A DNA stretch of 64,000 nt, from NCBI GenBank assembly GCA_965206745.1, contig OZ242220.1, forward strand, positions 224,001-288,000, written 5' to 3'. Origin of the DNA: Nitrosopumilus sp. GTDB taxonomy: Archaea; Thermoproteota; Nitrososphaeria; Nitrososphaerales; Nitrosopumilaceae. Shown here piece by piece: positions 1 through 9,387 of the stretch (its first letter is position 1; every line of letters begins with the position of its first letter). The notes beneath the pieces are model-generated. The model ran no database searches and had not been told where the DNA came from. It was given only the letters and a program-made list of their open reading frames with translations. The position numbers and the translations under genes were made by a program.

Positions 1-761
1 ATGAGAATGACAGTGTAAAGAGGATAAATGATTGGGCCGCTGAGAAAACCAATGACAAGATTAAAGAGGTGATAACTAGAGAGGATGTAGACGAATACAC
101 AGCAATGGTGATAAACAATGCAATCTATTTCAAGGGGACATGGCTGACACAGTTTCCAGAGGCGGATACAAGGGAATCAGAGTTTCATATAGATGCCACA
201 AACAGCGTCAATGCAGATTTTATGAATGTGGATAGTCGATTTAACTACATCTATTCAGACGGTGCCCAGGTGCTTCAGATGCCGTACAAGGGTGACAGGC
301 TATCCATGCTGGTAATTTTACCTGTTAATCCGGATATGAGACAGTTTGAAGAGTCTCTGTCTGCCCAGCAGATACAGAGATGGACAGATAACATGACAAT
401 GCGTGATATATCTGTCTCAATGCCAAAATTTGAGACAAGGACAAACTATCTTTTGAATGATCACCTGACTGCAATGGGAATGCCTGATGTTTTTAGTGAA
501 TTTATTGCGGATTTGTCAGGCATTGGAATCATTCCGCATGGGGACACACTGTATGTAGACAAGGCAACTCAAGATACGTATGTCAAGGTAAACGAGGAAG
601 GAACAGAGGCAGCAGCTATTACCAGCATCAGCACATCTTACCGCGAAACGGGAACATATGTACATCCATTTATAGTTGATCATCCCTTCGTGTTTGTCAT
701 CCAGGATGATGAGAGCGGCATGATCCTATTCATGGGACGAATCTCGAATCCTACATCCTAA
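1..761 (+). CDS. Serpin (serine protease inhibitor), copy 1, 5'-truncated by the window edge
   Basis: Serpin motifs NAIYFKGTW, SMPKF, hinge EEGTEAAA, PFIVDHPF, ILFMGRI. Nt 1 aligns to 3797 inside the full-length copy. Confidence 0.95.
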   Translation, partial: ENDSVKRINDWAAEKTNDKIKEVITREDVDEYTAMVINNAIYFKGTWLTQFPEADTRESEFHIDATNSVNADFMNVDSRFNYIYSDGAQVLQMPYKGDRLSMLVILPVNPDMRQFEESLSAQQIQRWTDNMTMRDISVSMPKFETRTNYLLNDHLTAMGMPDVFSEFIADLSGIGIIPHGDTLYVDKATQDTYVKVNEEGTEAAAITSISTSYRETGTYVHPFIVDHPFVFVIQDDESGMILFMGRISNPTS

Positions 762-965
762 ATCGGCACTATTACCCATGAAAAACCAAACTGGAATCCT
801 GGTTATGGAATTCATCCATATTTGATATATCGTTTTACTGTGCAGAAAAAGCCAGTTTTTAGGTAATGCCATACTATTTTTTTAGGTATTGTCAAGTCTT
901 TGTGTGTTAGCTACCAAGTACGGAAGATCTGTATTTGGTGTTTTATGTTCCATGACTTGGGTAGT

Positions 966-1072
966 TCAAGGATTTGAATTGGAATAAGATCCGTATTTCA
1001 GCTTACACTCATAGCCATATGCTGAAAACACACGAACTTAACAGGTGAGTGAAAACACCACTAACAGTGCAA
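966..1072 (+). mobile_element. Non-coding inverted-repeat family end (IS6-like tip), copy 1
   Basis: TGAAAACAC twice, 27 nt apart, ending AACAGTGCAA. Homologous to 4762-4874, 26008-26123 (inverted) and 49801-49955. Confidence 0.65.
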
Positions 1073-1176
1073 CAAAGATTGATGCATCAATTACCGATAG
1101 CATTACTGACAGATGTCATGTTTGCAACAAACCACACCTGATGTTTAGTCTCCAATTTCACAGCATCAAAATGATT

Positions 1177-1217
1177 GCTTCGAATTATTTTAATATCTTA
1201 TATTTTACAAATTTGTA
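1177..1217 (+). promoter_or_regulatory. Family promoter GCTTCG-N6-TTTAATA...TTACAAATTTG, copy A
   Basis: Same motif and spacing (TATA starts 29 nt before the start codon) in front of all four paralogues. Confidence 0.65.
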
Positions 1218-2993
1218 TTGGCTGGAAATGCAATACTGGTACTAGCAGTGCTATTTGTTGGTATAATGACTATTCCGGCATATGCAGAATCCTCTCCACG
1301 GGAACAACTCAGAGACGGCATTCCAATAAACCAGATCCAGTGCGGTGAGGAAAAGACCCTCATACAGTCAGCTGCAGGCAAGCCTGCATGCGTCTTTGAT
1401 GCCACCTTGGAGAGACTCCTTGTGCGTGGATGGAGCATTATAGAAATCGAGCCGGCCCCTGAACCTCAAGTGGTATTAGACACACCATCTGACCAACCGG
1501 CAGAAGAACATTCTCCTGAAGACGACATCATGTATCTACTAGCTCGTGGCTACATCACCACAAAGTATGCCCCAAAGCTGCCAGACCCTGATGCAGTCTG
1601 GTTTCCCATGCTCCTTGCAGATGCCGAAGTAGTACTGCAGCGTCTTTTGGATGCATACGATGACAGGATTGTATTCTATGATCAACCAAATGATTACTGC
1701 CATACTTTGGGCTCATGTCGTGTTCCCAACAGTACTGGCACCCTTCAACCCTCTTTAGAATTCCCTGGACGTTATTTCTATGCCACAGAAAAGGGTGGTG
1801 AGGTTGTATTAAAAAAGATTCATGCAAGCTTTGATATTGACGCACCATCAGTCATACTCAGGATAAAATACACCATACCCGAGCGTGTCCCATATGATCA
1901 ACGGGAAGAGTTTATCACCTCGTTTATGGACAGGGCTGGATTTTACAACTCCTACATAGGTAATCATCTAAGTGATAGGTTTGTTGTCTATGGAGGAATG
2001 CAGCCAGTGGACGTATATGATTCGATTGTCTTTTCAAGCAAGAAGGCCGGTACAGAGATAAGCTTCTCTGGCTGGACAAACAATTCAAAATTACTTGCCG
2101 CCTCATTTCTAAGTTTAGATGAATTGGCAAAACGTGCACACGAATTTGGAAAAAAACACATGCATCTGATTAAACCGGAATTTTGTGAATCATTTAGACC
2201 CAATCCTATAGTAGGCCGTGCATTTAATGGATTCATATCTGCCGGAACTTCATTTTCGAGTATATCCATAGGTCATTGTGATACAATTGATAACAATTCG
2301 CATCTGATGCTAGTAAATATAGAAGACCTGGAAGGCGAGATCGCCTTTTTTGACAAGCCATGGTTGTTAGTTGATGACTGGTATGAAAAAGTTGATACTC
2401 CAAAATATGCCCTGGCCCATTTACAATCAAAAATGCAGGAACAACCAGTAACAGCTAAACCAATACCGACTATAAAACCAATCACAGTCACATCAACAAA
2501 GGATCTCTTTGAATCCCACTACCATGAAAACGGAAATTTGTTAGATGAGAAATGGTACCATGAAAGCGGAAATCCAAAAACTCAAAAAAAATACAACCTG
2601 CTTGGAAATGGAAATTTGGAACGGGAGACCCATTACCATGATGGTGATAACGGATTTATAAAATCTGACAAAGAGTGGAATGATAACGGACAATTATCAA
2701 GTGAGGGAGAATGGCATGAAAATGGAAAAACAAAATTTCGACATACCTGGCATGAAAATGGACAGTTATCATATGAAATCATTTGGACATATGATGAAAA
2801 TTGGAAATCGCATTCTCTAAGCAAACTTTATTATGAAAATGGAAATTTAAACGTCGAATCAAAAAAGGTTGGATCACTGAATCATGATCAGATGATGACG
2901 AAATATTATGCACGTTACTATGAGGATGGAGAATTATATTATGATGAACACTATGACGATAATGGATGGGAATTGGATTATGATGAACACTGA
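1218..2993 (+). CDS. Secreted multi-domain protein, paralogue A: signal peptide, SPxEQ..C..PACV..RGW module, variable core, C-terminal MORN-variant (YwqK-like) repeats
   Basis: Hydrophobic N-terminus ending AYA. Repeated (W/Y)(H/Y)ENG(N/Q)L units in the last ~160 aa. Three paralogues in the window. Confidence 0.85.
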   Translation: MAGNAILVLAVLFVGIMTIPAYAESSPREQLRDGIPINQIQCGEEKTLIQSAAGKPACVFDATLERLLVRGWSIIEIEPAPEPQVVLDTPSDQPAEEHSPEDDIMYLLARGYITTKYAPKLPDPDAVWFPMLLADAEVVLQRLLDAYDDRIVFYDQPNDYCHTLGSCRVPNSTGTLQPSLEFPGRYFYATEKGGEVVLKKIHASFDIDAPSVILRIKYTIPERVPYDQREEFITSFMDRAGFYNSYIGNHLSDRFVVYGGMQPVDVYDSIVFSSKKAGTEISFSGWTNNSKLLAASFLSLDELAKRAHEFGKKHMHLIKPEFCESFRPNPIVGRAFNGFISAGTSFSSISIGHCDTIDNNSHLMLVNIEDLEGEIAFFDKPWLLVDDWYEKVDTPKYALAHLQSKMQEQPVTAKPIPTIKPITVTSTKDLFESHYHENGNLLDEKWYHESGNPKTQKKYNLLGNGNLERETHYHDGDNGFIKSDKEWNDNGQLSSEGEWHENGKTKFRHTWHENGQLSYEIIWTYDENWKSHSLSKLYYENGNLNVESKKVGSLNHDQMMTKYYARYYEDGELYYDEHYDDNGWELDYDEH

Positions 2994-3297
2994 CGATAAT
3001 GGAAGAGAAATTTGGTAACTAGTGCATGTGAGGCATACATGTCTGCAAAGATTCTAAACGAGGACTAACTGATTATGGCGTGTATTTCCGTCACTAGGGA
3101 ATGGAATTAAGCACGTATTTCGTGTGCAAAATCATGATTTTATTCTCAGATGCGACACAAGATCTATCTGTGACAGGATTCAATCCTTCTGAATACATAG
3201 TAAATCTCTTATTGCATCAAATTACGAAAATTTCATTGAATAAGATTATTTTGTTATTAATGGAGATAACACCAAGTGCAGATAGAACAACGGTATA

Positions 3298-4557
3298 ATG
3301 AACAGAACTATCATTTTAGCAATATGTACAGTACTGGTTGCATCCTCGATCATACTGTACGGTTCAAGCCAAATTGCACAGACAGGTACGGTAGATGGAA
3401 TACCGTATGATGGAACACAGATAATCTCAGAATCCATATCCTCTGCAAACAATCAATTTGCAGTTGACTTTTACAAACAAGTTCTAGATGAAGAGTCAAG
3501 CAAAAACATATTCTACTCACCTGTCAGCTTGTATGTCGCATTCTCGCTTTTGTACGAGGGTGCCAAACAAGACACAGCACAGCAGATGGAGGATGTCTTT
3601 GGGTTTGAATCAGACGCATTTGCACGTCACGACTCCACAGCCCATGCACTATCCTCACTGAATCGTGATGACTCTCATGTAACACTAAACATGGCAAACG
3701 CACTGTGGATTGCAGATGATTTTGCCCCATACGAATCCTATCTTGATGTTGCGCGCAACACATACCTTGCAAGGGCACAGACAGTGGATTTTACAGATGA
3801 GAATGACAGTGTAAAGAGGATAAATGATTGGGCCGCTGAGAAAACCAATGACAAGATTAAAGAGGTGATAACTAGAGAGGATGTAGACGAATACACAGCA
3901 ATGGTGATAAACAATGCAATCTATTTCAAGGGGACATGGCTGACACAGTTTCCAGAGGAGGATACAAGGGAATCAGAGTTTCATATAGATGCCACAAACA
4001 GCGTCAATGCAGATTTTATGAATGTGGATAGTCGATTTAACTACATCTATTCAGACGGTGCCCAGGTGCTTCAGATGCCGTACAAGGGTGACAGGCTATC
4101 CATGCTGGTAATTTTACCTGTCGATCCTGATATGAGACAGTTTGAAGAGTCTCTGTCTGCCCAGCAGATACAGAGATGGACAGATGACATGCTGTTGCGT
4201 GATATGTCTGTCTCGATGCCAAAATTTGAGACAAGGACAAACTATCAATTAAACAATCACCTGATTGCAATGGGCATGTCTGATATTTTTCATAAAAATA
4301 TTACAGATTTGTCAGGCATTGGAATTGCTACATCTGAGGAAAATCTGTATGTGAGCAAGGCAACTCAAGATGCATATCTCAAGGTAAACGAGGAAGGAAC
4401 AGAGGCAGCAGCCATTAGTCCCCCCAGCACATCTTGGCGCGGAGGGGGAACATTTTTATCTCCATTCATCGTCGATCATCCCTTCTTGTTTGTCATACAG
4501 GATGATGAGAGCGGCATGATCCTATTCATGGGACGAATCTCGAATCCTACATCCTAA
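3298..4557 (+). CDS. Serpin, copy 2, full length with N-terminal signal/anchor
   Basis: NIFYSPVS, INDWAAEKTNDKI, NAIYFKGTW, EEGTEAAA, FIVDHPF. Confidence 0.95.
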   Translation: MNRTIILAICTVLVASSIILYGSSQIAQTGTVDGIPYDGTQIISESISSANNQFAVDFYKQVLDEESSKNIFYSPVSLYVAFSLLYEGAKQDTAQQMEDVFGFESDAFARHDSTAHALSSLNRDDSHVTLNMANALWIADDFAPYESYLDVARNTYLARAQTVDFTDENDSVKRINDWAAEKTNDKIKEVITREDVDEYTAMVINNAIYFKGTWLTQFPEEDTRESEFHIDATNSVNADFMNVDSRFNYIYSDGAQVLQMPYKGDRLSMLVILPVDPDMRQFEESLSAQQIQRWTDDMLLRDMSVSMPKFETRTNYQLNNHLIAMGMSDIFHKNITDLSGIGIATSEENLYVSKATQDAYLKVNEEGTEAAAISPPSTSWRGGGTFLSPFIVDHPFLFVIQDDESGMILFMGRISNPTS

Positions 4558-4761
4558 ATCGGCACTATTACCCATGAAAAACCAAACTGGAATCCTGGTT
4601 ATGGAATTCATCCATATTTGATATATCGTTTTACTGTGCAGAAAAAGCCAGTTTTTAGGTAATGCCATACTATTTTTTTAGGTATTGTCAAGTCTTTGTG
4701 TGTTAGCTACCAAGTACGGAAGATCTGTATTTGGTGTTTTATGTTCCATGACTTGGGTAGT

Positions 4762-4874
4762 TCAAGGATTTGAATTGGAATAAGATCCGTATTTCAGCTT
4801 ACACTCATAGCCATATGCTGAAAACACACGAACTTAACAGGTGAGTGAAAACACCACTATATTTAACAGTGCAA
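4762..4874 (+). mobile_element. Non-coding inverted-repeat family end, copy 2
   Basis: Duplicate of 966-1072 that retains 6 nt (ATATTT) missing in copy 1. Ends TTTAACAGTGCAA. Confidence 0.65.
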
Positions 4875-5019
4875 CAAAGACTGATGCATCAATTACCGAT
4901 AGCATTACTGACAGATGTCGTGTTTGCAACAAACCACACCTGATGTTTAGTCTCCAATTTCACAGCATCAAAATGATTGCTTCGAATTATTTTAATATCT
5001 TATATTTTACAAATTTGTA

Positions 5020-6795
5020 TTGGCTGGAAATGCAATACTGGTACTAGCAGTGCTATTTGTTGGTATAATGACTATTCCGGCATATGCAGAATCCTCTCCA
5101 CGGGAGCAACTCAGAGACGGCATTCCGATAAACCAGATCCAGTGCGGTGAGGAAAAGACCCTCATACAGTCAGCTGCAGGCAAGCCTGCATGCGTCTTTG
5201 ATGCCACCTTGGAGAGACTCCTTGTGCGTGGATGGAGCATTATAGAAATCGAGTCGGCCCCTGAACCTCAAGTGGTATCAGGTACAGCACCTGACCAACC
5301 GGCAGAAGAACATTCTCCTGAAGATGACATCAAGTATTTACTAGCTGATGGTCACATCACCACAAAGTATGCACCAAAGCTGCCAGACCCTGATGCAGTC
5401 TGGTTTCCCATGTCCCTTGCAGATGCCGAAGTAGTACTGCAGCGTCTTTTAGATGTATACGATGACAAGATTGTATTCTATGAGGACCCAAATAATTATT
5501 GCCTTATTTCAGGCGTGTGTCGTGTTCCCAACAGTACCGGCATCCTTCAACCCTCTTTAGAGGGCATTGGCAATTATTTCTATGCCACAGAAAAGGGTGG
5601 TGATGTTATATTAGGAAAGAAACATGCCTCACATGCAGATTCTGACATTGATTCACCACATGCCATAAACGGAATAGAGTACACCGTACCCGAACGTGTC
5701 CCATATGATCAACGGGAAGAGTTTATCACCTCGTTTATGGACAAGGCTGGATTTTATAACTCCTACATAGGTGATCATCTAAGTGACAGATTTGTTGTCC
5801 GTGGAGGAATGAAAGTGGTAGACGTATATGATTCGACTGTCTATTCAAGCAAGAAGGCAGGCACAGAGATAATCTTCACTGGCTGGACAAATAATGCAGA
5901 ATCACTTTATGATTTGTTTCTAAGTGAGCCTGAACTGGAAAGACGTGCATACGAATTTGCAAGAAAACACATGCATCTGATTAAACCGGAACATTGTGAA
6001 ACATTTAGGGAAAAACCTCTATCAGGCCGTGCATTTTCAGGATTCACATATGCCGGAACTTCATTTGCGAGTATATCCATAGGTTATTGTGATGCAATGA
6101 ATAGTTCGCATCTGATGCTAGTAAATGTAGAAGACCTGGAAGGTGAGATCGCCTTTTTTAAACATGAATGGTTGCTAGTTGATGACTGGTATGAAAAAGT
6201 TGATACTCCAAAATATGCCCTGACCCATTTGCAATCAAAAATGCAGGAGCAACCGGGAGCAGCTAAACCAATACCGACTATAAAACCAATCACAGTCACA
6301 TCAACAGAGGACCTCTTTGAATCCCATTACCATGAAAACGGAAATTTGTTAGATGAGAAATGGTACCATGAAAACGGAAATCCAAAAACTCAAAAAAAAT
6401 ACAACCTGCTTGGAAATGGAAATTTGGAACGGGAAACCCATTACCATGATGATTATAACGGATTTATAAAATCTGACAAAGAGTGGCATGAAAATGGACA
6501 ATTATCAAGCGAGGGTGAATGGCATGAAAATGGAAAAACAAAATTTCGACGTACCTGGCATGATAATGGACAGTTATCATATGAAATCATTTGGACATAT
6601 GATGAAAATTGGAAATCACATTCTCTAAGCAAACTTTATTATGAAAATGGAAATTTAAGCGTTGAATCAAAAAAGGTTGGATCACTGAATCATGATCAGA
6701 TGATGACGAAATATTATGCACTTTACTATGAGAATGGAGAATTAGATTATGATGAACACTATGACGACAATGGAAAAAAAATTTGGCGCCATTGA
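5020..6795 (+). CDS. Secreted multi-domain MORN-variant repeat protein, paralogue B
   Basis: Near-identical to A at the N- and C-termini, divergent core. Confidence 0.85.
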   Translation: MAGNAILVLAVLFVGIMTIPAYAESSPREQLRDGIPINQIQCGEEKTLIQSAAGKPACVFDATLERLLVRGWSIIEIESAPEPQVVSGTAPDQPAEEHSPEDDIKYLLADGHITTKYAPKLPDPDAVWFPMSLADAEVVLQRLLDVYDDKIVFYEDPNNYCLISGVCRVPNSTGILQPSLEGIGNYFYATEKGGDVILGKKHASHADSDIDSPHAINGIEYTVPERVPYDQREEFITSFMDKAGFYNSYIGDHLSDRFVVRGGMKVVDVYDSTVYSSKKAGTEIIFTGWTNNAESLYDLFLSEPELERRAYEFARKHMHLIKPEHCETFREKPLSGRAFSGFTYAGTSFASISIGYCDAMNSSHLMLVNVEDLEGEIAFFKHEWLLVDDWYEKVDTPKYALTHLQSKMQEQPGAAKPIPTIKPITVTSTEDLFESHYHENGNLLDEKWYHENGNPKTQKKYNLLGNGNLERETHYHDDYNGFIKSDKEWHENGQLSSEGEWHENGKTKFRRTWHDNGQLSYEIIWTYDENWKSHSLSKLYYENGNLSVESKKVGSLNHDQMMTKYYALYYENGELDYDEHYDDNGKKIWRH

Positions 6796-6820
6796 AAAAA
6801 ATGGAAATTTAACCAGCAAA

Positions 6821-6848
6821 TGAAACTTTCACTCATTTAAACAGCGCA
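6821..6848 (+). mobile_element. Degenerate inverted-repeat tip at the island/core boundary
   Basis: TGAAACTTTCACTCATTTAAACAGCGCA versus reverse complement of 49801-49829, TGAAATCCCCACTCAATTAAACAGTGTA. Confidence 0.5.
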
Positions 6849-6891
6849 CTATATCTAAATAATTTTATACAGAAGCGTGATAATGACGGTA

Positions 6892-7476
6892 ATGTTTACC
6901 GGAATTGTTGAGGGAACTGGCAAGGTGGAAAAAATCTCCCAAAATACAAAAAGCAGGAGTGCCATCCAAATGACTGTAAATCTGGGCCGGCATGCAAAGG
7001 GGTTGAAGGTTGGCCAGAGCGTCGCACTAAACGGCGTCTGTCTTACGGCAACCAAGCTCTCTAAATCAAGCTGTATCTTTGAGATGATTGAAGAGACTGC
7101 CAAGAAGACTGATCTTGGGAATTTGAAAGTTGGCAGAACCGTAAACATTGAGCGCAGCCTAAAGGTAGGCGATCGACTTGAGGGACATTTTGTTTTAGGC
7201 CATGTGGATGGCGTTGCAACAATCAAAAAAATTCTAAAAAAACCCAAGGAGGTTCAAGTCTGGTTCCAGGTTCCCAAGGAACTCGCAAAGTTTGTAGTGA
7301 AAAAGGGCTCTATTGCAGTGGACGGAATCAGCTTGACTGTGGTCGGCGTGAAAAATTCTCTTGCATATGTCTCACTCATTCCACACACCGTCAAAGTGAC
7401 AAATTTTCATACCAAAAAAGTGGGCGATAAAGTTAATATTGAAACTGACATTCTCGGAAAATATATTCTAAGGTAA
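6892..7476 (+). CDS. ribE: Riboflavin synthase (bacterial alpha-chain type)
   Basis: Begins MFTGIVEG at ATG 6892. Two lumazine-binding repeats (GVCLT, GISLT), GHFVLGHVDG. Confidence 0.95.
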   Translation: MFTGIVEGTGKVEKISQNTKSRSAIQMTVNLGRHAKGLKVGQSVALNGVCLTATKLSKSSCIFEMIEETAKKTDLGNLKVGRTVNIERSLKVGDRLEGHFVLGHVDGVATIKKILKKPKEVQVWFQVPKELAKFVVKKGSIAVDGISLTVVGVKNSLAYVSLIPHTVKVTNFHTKKVGDKVNIETDILGKYILR

Positions 7477-7553
7477 AGCCAATTATCTACAATTTTAGTG
7501 GTAATTACCAATTTTTTAGTAAACTTTATAATTAGACTAGGAAATTTTTTTAT

Positions 7554-8219
7554 ATGTCACTTGATTCTGCATTAGAGTCCCTAAAACGTGGTGAATTTGT
7601 TCTGCTATTTGACTCTGCAGGGCGGGAAAATGAAGTTGACATGGTCGTGGCCGCAGAATTTGTAACTCCGGAACATGTGGCAAGAATGCGCCAGCATGCA
7701 GGCGGACTGTTGTGTGTCGCAATGGAGAACAGCTTTGCAAAATCCCTTGATCTCCAGTACATGCATGAGATCCTCTCTGAATCCTCAATCTCAAACAAGG
7801 AGATGATTATGGGACTGGCCCCTTATGGTGACTATCCGACTTTTTCGCTATCTGTAAACCACTATCAAACATACACTGGAATTACTGATAAAGACAGAGC
7901 ACTGACAATTAACGAAATCTCAAAAATCTTCAACATCGAAAACAGGCAGAAAAAGTTTGCCTCGACCTTCAAGACTCCCGGCCATGTCCCGTTGTTAATC
8001 GCATCCAAGGGCATGCTAGCCACCCGTCAGGGACATACGGAGATGTCTGTCTATTTGACACAGGTTGCAGGCTTGACTCCCATGACTGCAATATGTGAGA
8101 TGATGGATGCCGAAACCTATTCTGCACTGTCTGTGGAGAAGGCAGAGAAATTTGCAAAGCAAAATGGAATTCCACTGCTTGACGGAACAGAGCTTTTGGA
8201 ATACGCAAGGGTGCACTAG
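7554..8219 (+). CDS. ribB: 3,4-dihydroxy-2-butanone-4-phosphate synthase
   Basis: RENEVD, TGITDKDRALTI, PGHVPLL, RQGHTE, ICEMM. Confidence 0.95.
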   Translation: MSLDSALESLKRGEFVLLFDSAGRENEVDMVVAAEFVTPEHVARMRQHAGGLLCVAMENSFAKSLDLQYMHEILSESSISNKEMIMGLAPYGDYPTFSLSVNHYQTYTGITDKDRALTINEISKIFNIENRQKKFASTFKTPGHVPLLIASKGMLATRQGHTEMSVYLTQVAGLTPMTAICEMMDAETYSALSVEKAEKFAKQNGIPLLDGTELLEYARVH

Positions 8220-8221
8220 TC

Positions 8222-8638
8222 TTGAATATTGCAATAGTGGTTTCAGAGTTCAATGAGGAAGTGACATCCAGGATGCTTGCCGTATCCAAGGAAAAGGCAG
8301 AACTGATGAAGCTAAGGATATCTTACGTCTGCATGGTTCCTGGGGCCTACGATATGCCCATAGTTGTGGATTCACTGCTACAGAGGGGGGATGTTGATGC
8401 TGTGGTCACTCTGGGTGCAATTATCAAGGGACAAACAAAGCATGACGAGGTCATCTCCCATGCTGCGGCTCAAGCCCTTACGAACCTGTCATTAAAGTAT
8501 CAGAAACCAGTCTCGTTAGGGATTTCCGGTCCTGGCATGCAGCAGCGACATGCATTTGCCCGAATTAGGCCAGTTGCAGAGCGTGCCGTGGAGGCTGTTG
8601 TAAAGATATCTGAGGAATTAAAGAGGATTCAAAAATGA
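8222..8638 (+). CDS. ribH: 6,7-dimethyl-8-ribityllumazine synthase
   Basis: IAIVVSEFN, VPGAYDMP, LGAIIKGQTKH. Confidence 0.95.
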   Translation: MNIAIVVSEFNEEVTSRMLAVSKEKAELMKLRISYVCMVPGAYDMPIVVDSLLQRGDVDAVVTLGAIIKGQTKHDEVISHAAAQALTNLSLKYQKPVSLGISGPGMQQRHAFARIRPVAERAVEAVVKISEELKRIQK

Positions 8639-9387
8639 TCCAGCTAAGCATCCTAAAAATAACGGAATACGGTCCCTGGACCCTCACTCTCGGAAGTGAT
8701 AGGGAGCACCAGCTCCAAATGCTTCAGGCCTCCCTATACAAGGAGGTGCAAAAACTATTTTCCGAAAAAAACTGCATAGTTTTTCCCAACAGATCCGATG
8801 AATTCTTTGCAGTTTCAAACGGATTGAGTCTGGAGGATCATGTTCAAATCCAAAAAACCCTTGAAAAGTCATTTGAGGTCAGGCTGACAATATCTGTAGG
8901 CTATGGAGATTCCCCGTTTGAGGCAAATCTAAAAGCACATGAGGGAAAGAAGAATCAAGTCGTGCTAGACGCAGAACACAATATCTTTGGTTTTGTTTAT
9001 GATGCGTCTGATTCCAAAGTCTCAATCATGCATTTGGATGTAGACGATCTTACCTCAAGGCGAAAGACTGACTCCCCCTATGAAATCTCATCTATAATAT
9101 TTGGGCTGCATTCAAGAATGTCCAAGTTCTTTTTGGAAAAAAACTCCCTCACGTTTTTTATGGGTGGTGACAACTTTATGGTGATATCAAACGACGAGGC
9201 AATAAAGTCCGTCCAGGGTTTCATCAATATTGTAAAGGATGAGGATAAAATTTTGTTGAATTGTGGAATCGGCAATGCAAAGTTGGGAAGAGAGGCAGCA
9301 AAGCTGGCCACAAAATCCCTTGACACCATACGCGAAATTCGAGATTCAGGCAAGGAAAAGCCTGAAGTTTATGAATTATCATGTTAA
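8635..9387 (+). CDS. gch3: GTP cyclohydrolase III (IIa)
   Basis: YGPWTLTLGSDREHQLQMLQA, FMGGDNFM. Rib operon context. Confidence 0.9.
   Translation: MIQLSILKITEYGPWTLTLGSDREHQLQMLQASLYKEVQKLFSEKNCIVFPNRSDEFFAVSNGLSLEDHVQIQKTLEKSFEVRLTISVGYGDSPFEANLKAHEGKKNQVVLDAEHNIFGFVYDASDSKVSIMHLDVDDLTSRRKTDSPYEISSIIFGLHSRMSKFFLEKNSLTFFMGGDNFMVISNDEAIKSVQGFINIVKDEDKILLNCGIGNAKLGREAAKLATKSLDTIREIRDSGKEKPEVYELSC

Larger units (their letters stand above)
1..6787 (+). repeat. Tandem direct duplication, unit ~3.8 kb (serpin + spacer + secreted MORN-repeat protein)
   Basis: 1..~2985 aligns with 3797..~6787. Offset is 3796, becoming 3802 after a 6-nt indel near 1062/4859. Confidence 0.95.

Noticed and set aside
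966-1072. Integron attC site or CRISPR mini-array
   Set aside because: The GTTRRRY/RYYYAAC boxes do not enclose the hairpin in attC orientation. The TGAAAACAC repeat is only 9 nt and two copies. No integrase or cas genes are present.
1045-1245. Duplicated 66/68-aa ORFs (also 4841-5047)
   Set aside because: They start inside the inverted repeat and run across the family promoter. Their conservation is explained by the duplication.
1-6795. Diversity-generating retroelement as the source of variation
   Set aside because: Differences between copies involve all four bases and indels rather than adenines only. No reverse transcriptase or non-coding template repeat is in the window.
6849-6860. TATATCTAAA resembling one arm of an archaeal dif site
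   Set aside because: No matching second arm at the expected spacing. More simply part of the ribE promoter region.
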